Shown here in pieces: positions 56,374-61,238 of a stretch of DNA of 61,238 nt (positions are counted from its first letter, which is position 1; each line of letters begins with the position of its first letter). Made by a program: the position numbers and the translations under genes. The stretch is from a virus. Taxonomy: Duplodnaviria > Heunggongvirae > Uroviricota > Caudoviricetes > Ackermannviridae. The DNA is taken from the IMG/VR virus record IMGVR_UViG_2974514734_000001, positions 96,683-157,920 of that record; one strand, given 5' to 3'. Below the pieces are notes generated by a model that did not search any database, was not told the DNA's origin, and saw nothing but the letters and a program-made list of their open reading frames with translations.

Positions 56374-57567
56374 TTAGCTGGGGACAAACTCATTCACAGG
56401 GACATGTTGGGGCATTGATAATTCAGGACAAGCAGCTTTCATCGCTTCCTGATATGGCTTGCTACCCACGATCCAAAACAATGAGTTCTCATTAAGCAAT
56501 TCTGGTTTGTGTTCCTGTATCCATGTCATCACCTTCCCTTCATAACGAGGATGCAACTCAATATCTCCCCACTGGTAATCCATGAGGTCGTTATAACGAA
56601 CCCAATTAGTGGTATGAAGATCCCAATGGTGCACCTCAAAGCGAGGAAGCACGATATCCGGCTCGTTCTTTGGCCTGATACCACTTAGGAGGCCAGCCAG
56701 CGAAACGCTCTTAGAGGCATGCTGAAGATCCTTCTTACCATACACATAGTCTGGGTTGTCGTGATAGCGACGAGTGAAATCAGTTATGTGAGGGAGGTTT
56801 GCTTGCTTACCGATAATGCGCAAACGACTTTCAATGAAATCTAATCGGTTTGGTCCAATCCCGATCAGATAGACATTCTTCAGATTTGGTTTCGGATGCA
56901 TCGCTAAACCTGTCAGGATACTGGTGCATGAATTACAAGAACCAGCAGGAATGATCAGATCAGTGATATGGTCTGGGATATTGGCAACCTGCTCGCCACC
57001 CAGCATATGGAATCCAGCAATGCGTTCTGGTGAATGAACGGTATGATCCAATGTAATGCCATATTCCAGATAATACGCCTTTGGATTTAATTGTTCAATG
57101 AGTTTCTTACAGCGCGGCTGAATGGTGCTATTGTAACCAGATCCAACAAAGTTGAACTCACTACCAAACCATGCTGACATTGAAACCATATCATGGTTCA
57201 TGCATGTGGTTGGTTTAGTGGCACCCAGCACAGTGGTTGTCTTGCCGCCGAAATGCCGTGAGACTGCCGTCGCCATAGGGGACTGTGGACTACCAACGAC
57301 AGTACCATGGATAAGATCTGGGGATCCTCCCGCTTTAAGATGCTCCATCATGAGCCAGATGGCCTGACGGAGTTTGCTGCCATTGATCCCCTGCTTGCCA
57401 TTCATATAGCATGACAAAGGCGCGAAGTAATCTTCACGTTTGAACCAAACCTGCTGATTGGTTTCTGGATTGGCAATGAGTTCGCACGGGGTGTGTTTGT
57501 AGAGATAATCTTCCCAATGAACCAAATCGCGGTTGAGGGAAAGGGTATCGAAGATGGTTTTGTTCAT
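56374..57567 (-). CDS. PLP-dependent enzyme (fold type II), probable serinyl-DNA decarboxylase of the hypermodification pathway
   Basis: VWFKREDY, NGSKLRQ (PLP lysine), PAGSCNS, YEGK motifs. Confidence 0.8.
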   Translation of the reverse strand: MNKTIFDTLSLNRDLVHWEDYLYKHTPCELIANPETNQQVWFKREDYFAPLSCYMNGKQGINGSKLRQAIWLMMEHLKAGGSPDLIHGTVVGSPQSPMATAVSRHFGGKTTTVLGATKPTTCMNHDMVSMSAWFGSEFNFVGSGYNSTIQPRCKKLIEQLNPKAYYLEYGITLDHTVHSPERIAGFHMLGGEQVANIPDHITDLIIPAGSCNSCTSILTGLAMHPKPNLKNVYLIGIGPNRLDFIESRLRIIGKQANLPHITDFTRRYHDNPDYVYGKKDLQHASKSVSLAGLLSGIRPKNEPDIVLPRFEVHHWDLHTTNWVRYNDLMDYQWGDIELHPRYEGKVMTWIQEHKPELLNENSLFWIVGSKPYQEAMKAACPELSMPQHVPVNEFVPS

Positions 57568-57636
57568 TCTATTTCTCCTGTAGGCATTGGCTTATCATAG
57601 CGTATCTACAGGAGTATAGAAAAGGAGAATCTCGGC

Positions 57637-58338
57637 TTACTTCTTGAACAGACGAAGGAACTTCATCATGTTATCCATGAAAGTCGGCTTCTTGACCTTT
57701 TGTTTTACCGGAGCGCCCTGATCATTCAGAACACGACTGGCCGGAGGAGTAGGCGGTGTCGGGATTGAACTGTCATGTTTAACAACCGGAGCACCACTGG
57801 CCAGAGGAGTTGGCTTCAAAGATTTAATTGCCTGATTCAAATCGGAATTATCCACGACACCCACTTCTTCACCGACCGTAACGCATGGTTTGATCAGAAC
57901 GGATTTCTTAGACTGCTCATACTGATGAGCGATGTCCAGATATTTCTTGCGCTCTGAGTAGAAATCAACATTCTTTACTTTACGGCGGCGAGCAGTAGAA
58001 CTCTCTTCACCATAGAAATCATAACCATTTTTGAATAACCAATTCACGGCTTGCTCAAATGTGTTGAACACCATATACAGACCGCGTCGACCATTTACCA
58101 TGTCGTCTTCACTGGAATAACCAATGAATACCGCTTGCCCTTTCTTGTTGATATCAAAAGGAGTACACACACCAGTTTCTTCAAGTGATCGCGGAGCAAG
58201 ATGCCCGTCCCGATAGATATATGCCGGATACAAGAACTCATTAAGAGTACGTTTGTTCCCTTTGTATGTGTACAGGCGAGCAAATGGAGGCAGGTCACAA
58301 ACTACATCGTTGTAATCCCAAATCGTAACATTACGCAT
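57637..58338 (-). CDS. Hypothetical protein with Pro-rich C-terminus
   Basis: GAGG RBS; promoter upstream. Confidence 0.75.
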   Translation of the reverse strand: MRNVTIWDYNDVVCDLPPFARLYTYKGNKRTLNEFLYPAYIYRDGHLAPRSLEETGVCTPFDINKKGQAVFIGYSSEDDMVNGRRGLYMVFNTFEQAVNWLFKNGYDFYGEESSTARRRKVKNVDFYSERKKYLDIAHQYEQSKKSVLIKPCVTVGEEVGVVDNSDLNQAIKSLKPTPLASGAPVVKHDSSIPTPPTPPASRVLNDQGAPVKQKVKKPTFMDNMMKFLRLFKK

Positions 58339-58358
58339 GTTGTTTCCTCAAATCAATG

Positions 58359-58405
58359 AAGGGGTTTATAAACGGTTAAATTTTAAACCCCTTATTCTCA
58401 TTGAA
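58359..58405 (-). promoter_or_regulatory. TTCAAT-N14-TAAAAT promoter within an inverted repeat
   Basis: Minus strand: TTCAAT gagaataaggggtt TAAAAT ... aaacccctt. Confidence 0.6.
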
Positions 58406-58409
58406 CAAA

Positions 58410-58928
58410 TCAAATACTAGTCATATAGAGTGGGACAACCTGCTCAGCGATCAACACGACCTCGGTAATGGTAAAGTCACCACCATAAGAGTACAGTTTC
58501 ATTTGCGCTCCGTTGGTCGCCAGGTTCCCATCCTTGTCAACGCTGAAGAATGTAATGAAAGACAAAGTGTCCGGCGGCGGTACGCTAGCATCACGACTTC
58601 TTGATAACTGGTTCCCCACAGAACCCACAAAATCTAATATCATAGTTCTATTAGAAGTAGACCCAGACCATGATCCGACAATATTAACCTTCACAGGAAG
58701 AATAGAATCATAGGGAAACGCATGAAATTTGTGATCTGACAATTTAAAAAACGGGGCTAAACCAGTAGGAGAAGAAGGGTTTGGAGTCTTCCCATCTAAC
58801 ACGGTTAATAAATCTATTCCAGTTGCTCCAGAAGTTAGCAGTTGTGACAACCCAGAAAATCTGACTTCTGTTTTAATGCGGTGGGTCTGAAGCATATTCC
58901 CCAAATAGGGAGATGTCAAAATAGCCAT
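58410..58928 (-). CDS. Late, probably virion-associated beta-rich protein
   Basis: GGAGGGAG RBS; downstream of a late promoter. Confidence 0.7.
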   Translation of the reverse strand: MAILTSPYLGNMLQTHRIKTEVRFSGLSQLLTSGATGIDLLTVLDGKTPNPSSPTGLAPFFKLSDHKFHAFPYDSILPVKVNIVGSWSGSTSNRTMILDFVGSVGNQLSRSRDASVPPPDTLSFITFFSVDKDGNLATNGAQMKLYSYGGDFTITEVVLIAEQVVPLYMTSI

Positions 58929-58937
58929 ACTCCCTCC

Positions 58938-59171
58938 TTAAGAAACGATAACTGTCGCATCAGAATTAATTGCCTTAACCCAACCCACCGTCGGCGGGGT
59001 TAAAACGACCATATTTCCTTGATATATGATATGCGCGTTGTTACCCGTTGGAGCGCTGGGGCTATCACACAGATACACAGAACCGTGAGTCACTTGAAGA
59101 GTTTTCAAAGATGTGCCGTCTGAGACTTGCGTCCATGTACTTGCGTTTGGTGTGATCTTAGCAGTTGCCAT
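58938..59171 (-). CDS. Small late beta-rich protein
   Basis: GGAGG RBS; ATAAATAG promoter at 59197-59204. Confidence 0.75.
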   Translation of the reverse strand: MATAKITPNASTWTQVSDGTSLKTLQVTHGSVYLCDSPSAPTGNNAHIIYQGNMVVLTPPTVGWVKAINSDATVIVS

Positions 59172-59212
59172 AATAGACCTCCTTTACAAGTCAGATCTAT
59201 TTATTATAGACA

Positions 59213-59242
59213 AAAAGAAGCCCGATCTTCCTGATCGGGCTA
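59213..59242 (-). terminator. Terminator of the tRNA-cluster transcript
   Basis: Minus strand: agcccgatc-aggaa-gatcgggct-tcttttt. Confidence 0.8.
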
Positions 59243-59301
59243 TGGTTAAACCATCGTGGGGATGGAAAGACTACTCACAGCAATTTCTGGTATTAGGCGT
59301 T

Positions 59302-59456
59302 TGGGAGAGTGCGTCGGGAATCGAACCCGAAATCGTCAGGACGTTGAAAGCTATTTGCATTTCACTTGCATATCCTGCGACTTTCTTAACTTCCTTAACC
59401 CCAGATTGTTATGAAGTCGGCATGCACACCTTCTTCATCTTCAGGAAGTCACACTC
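59302..59456 (-). ncRNA. 155-nt tRNA-like RNA with canonical acceptor stem and T-arm but greatly expanded internal arms
   Basis: GAGTGTG/CGCACTC stem, TCGGG-TTCGATT-CCCGA T-arm, 3' end UCCCA. Confidence 0.7.
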
Positions 59457-59484
59457 ATAATTTGATTTGCGTTCATCGCAAATT

Positions 59485-59568
59485 TGGTGTGAGTGGATGG
59501 ATTCGAACCACCGCGCTGTTACGGGGAGATTTACAGTCTCCTGCATTCGACCGCTCTGCCACACTCAC
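59485..59568 (-). tRNA. tRNA-Tyr (GTA)
   Basis: Full cloverleaf; ggaga-ctGTAaa-tctcc; long variable arm; encoded CCA. Confidence 0.95.
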
Positions 59569-59571
59569 ATT

Positions 59572-59646
59572 TGGTCTGCCGCTGCGTGCTGGGCCACGCT
59601 CGAGGACATCGGCCATCCTTCCTCAGCTAATCCACGCAGCGGCAGA
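59572..59646 (-). ncRNA. 75-nt CCA-terminated long hairpin RNA (non-cloverleaf)
   Basis: 14-bp perfect stem TCTGCCGCTGCGTG/CACGCAGCGGCAGA followed directly by CCA. Confidence 0.6.
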
Positions 59647-59714
59647 TTTGTATCAGAGTGTCCGGTGTAGCAACCCGTGAGGTGCGCACTACTGTAGCCT
59701 CTACACTCTGAATT

Positions 59715-59820
59715 TGGTGGGCGCTACTATCGTCGTCTTCGGATTCCGTTCGGCTATTGGACAGAGGCTTGGAGCTTGTCGGTCGCGTACTTTATGCCTA
59801 TTCACTTTCGTTCACACCCA
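59715..59820 (-). ncRNA. About 106-nt CCA-terminated RNA with acceptor-like stem
   Basis: GGGTGT/GCGCCC pairing plus ACCA end; no canonical T-loop. Confidence 0.45.
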
Positions 59821-59825
59821 TTGTC

Positions 59826-59901
59826 TGGCGACGATGGCAGGACTTGAACCTGCGACATACGGTTTAACAGACCGCCGTTCTACCGACTGAACTACATCGT
59901 C
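59826..59901 (-). tRNA. tRNA-Asn (GTT)
   Basis: Cloverleaf; gcggt-ctGTTaa-accgt; TTCAAGT T-loop; CCA. Confidence 0.95.
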
Positions 59902-59910
59902 TTGCAAATC

Positions 59911-59935
59911 ACTATACCATATAAAGTTTATTGAA
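59911..59935 (-). promoter_or_regulatory. TTCAAT-N13-TATAGT promoter upstream of tRNA-Asn
   Basis: Minus strand: TTCAAT aaactttatatgg TATAGT. Confidence 0.55.
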
Positions 59936-59963
59936 CAAACATTTATTTTACAACAAACTGTAT

Positions 59964-60066
59964 TGGCGGGGTCTGAGGCTTTTCACCTCACCTGCTGGGT
60001 TTGGCCGCCCAGCCGTTCTCTATGAGGATTCACTGTCCGGACAGCTATCCATTAAACTATCGCCCC
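59964..60066 (-). ncRNA. 103-nt degenerate tRNA-like RNA ending GCCA
   Basis: 5' GGGGCGA-TA-GTTTAATGG start; gctggg/cccagc arm; tgagg-TGAAAAG-cctca T-like arm; CCCC-G-CCA end. Confidence 0.5.
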
Positions 60067-60072
60067 TTAATA

Positions 60073-60149
60073 TGGTGATCCTGATTGGGTTTGAACCAAT
60101 GACCAATGAATTATGAGTTCACTGCTCTAACCGACTGAGCTACAGGACC
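60073..60149 (-). tRNA. tRNA-CAT (Ile2-like or Met)
   Basis: Cloverleaf; gtgaa-ctCATaa-ttcat; body resembles enterobacterial tRNA-Ile2; CCA. Confidence 0.93.
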
Positions 60150-60157
60150 AAATTATT

Positions 60158-61220
60158 GTGTACCAACCAAGGACTGTCAACCCTTTATCCCGTTTGTGCA
60201 TGATCAGTTCATGCATGCCTGTTTGTGCGCCTCACGGCAACGCGCTTCTGTGGGTCTTTGGCTTGCACCGTAGCCTCACCACAGGCGTTTATTTTTCCAG
60301 GGCTTTCCACTTGCAAGTCTTGACCATACAGGGATACGGGCTTGCAAGATCGGGTTGGACACAACTTTGATGGCTCTGGTACTAAAGATCCCGCGTCACC
60401 CATAGACATGGTTTATAAAATCCAGAGCCATCAAAGTTGCAACCAAATGTTATAACTCGCAGCTTCCATACAGAAGCAACTTGTCCTCTAACGCTCGGAC
60501 CAAACGAGGCTGGCTGGTTGATTCAGAGCCGCTGGTTGCTCCAGCAAGCATGGGTTGATAGCCCGACAACATAGAATCACCCAAAGATGAAGAACACTCA
60601 GTGGTACAAGCCAGGGATACCAATTTTCAGGTCCTTTGCGAGTTCTTTAATGCTCTTCATTTTGCGAACTCGAGAATACTGCGCCTGTCTCGGGTTTCCC
60701 CTTAGTTCGGCCTCTCATTGTTCGTCCGGTCAGGGAGCTACCCTTGATGACCAGCTTATATTGAGATCTTCGCCAGCGCCCACCAGTGTCTAGAATGTGT
60801 AGGCGTCGAGGTCTGCAAGGCATTGCCCTATTTCATACAACGCTCTCTCAAGTACGCAAATCGAAGTTCTCTGGGCTTAACAGGTTCGACCCAACATGTT
60901 GAATATCGCCTAACTTACTCATGGGACGGCCACTTCTGTGTACAGACCTTGAGGGTTAAAAGATATACCCAAAGAACTTCGATTTGCGTTGTGGGGGCAA
61001 ACCCCCACACGGCTACTTCTTTGACAGGGATTGCTAGCCCTGGGGATTCCACTATTTAAGGCTTTATCCCATAACGCCCGAGGCGCGTTTTAACTTATTG
61101 AAGCTTGCATAACTGCAAACTGATGCGCTGTGAGACACATCTGGGAGGGCACTCCGTGGATTCATTTTACAGCATCCCGTATAGCGGATACCGACCTCGA
61201 TCAAGTGCCCTCTCAGATGT
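60158..61220 (-). ncRNA. ORF-poor, highly structured region: candidate large ncRNA or array of structured RNAs
   Basis: Successive long stems at 60158-60362, 60362-60439 (18 bp perfect), 60582-60664, 60854-60989 (17 bp perfect), 60990-61009 and 61137-61220 (17 bp, one mismatch). Confidence 0.55.
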
Positions 61221-61238
61221 CGGCGGGAGCTTATTAAT

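Noticed and set aside
59302-59456. tmRNA call for the expanded tRNA-like unit
   Set aside because: No G3-U70 alanine identity pair, only 155 nt, and no tag reading frame or pseudoknots visible.
60158-61059. Short ORFs 60158-60370, 60209-60409, 60587-60793, 60823-61059
   Set aside because: No convincing RBS, atypical composition, and they cross long RNA-like stems; a non-coding interpretation fits better.
1-61238. CRISPR array, integrase or IS elements
   Set aside because: No regularly spaced direct repeats, recombinase or transposase motifs found by eye.

Overview
A 61 kb segment of a lytic T4-superfamily myovirus genome, best matching Ackermannviridae (Vi01/CBA120-like). The assignment rests on gene order, motifs and recall; no database search was run. 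Replication and recombination genes: gp32 C-terminus, UvsX, gp41, gp59, gp30 ligase, gp39/gp52 topoisomerase, gp43 polymerase. Structural and other core genes: baseplate gp54/48/53/27-like/29-like, gp2, gp4, rIIA/rIIB. The window carries a dispersed thymidine-hypermodification gene set: dCMP deaminase, dUMP hydroxymethylase, dNMP kinase, dUTPase, two 5-hmdU DNA kinases, an amino-acid:DNA transferase and a PLP decarboxylase. It also has a free-standing GIY-YIG endonuclease and many small accessory ORFs. Three canonical tRNAs (Tyr-GTA, Asn-GTT, CAT) sit at the right end. Most notable observations: (1) the tRNA cluster is interleaved with at least four CCA-ended, non-cloverleaf tRNA-like RNAs and is preceded by about 1.1 kb of ORF-poor, heavily base-paired sequence, a candidate array of tRNA mimics or a large ncRNA; (2) an H-Y-E ADP-ribosyltransferase-like protein with a T4 internal-protein capsid-targeting N-terminus, plus macrodomain and NADAR-like erasers; (3) an orphan QueC-like enzyme; (4) a recurring element in which a TTCAAT-N14-TATAAT promoter has its -10 box in the loop of an intrinsic terminator. 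Many start codons were corrected relative to the supplied ORF track using RBS positions and gene overlaps.
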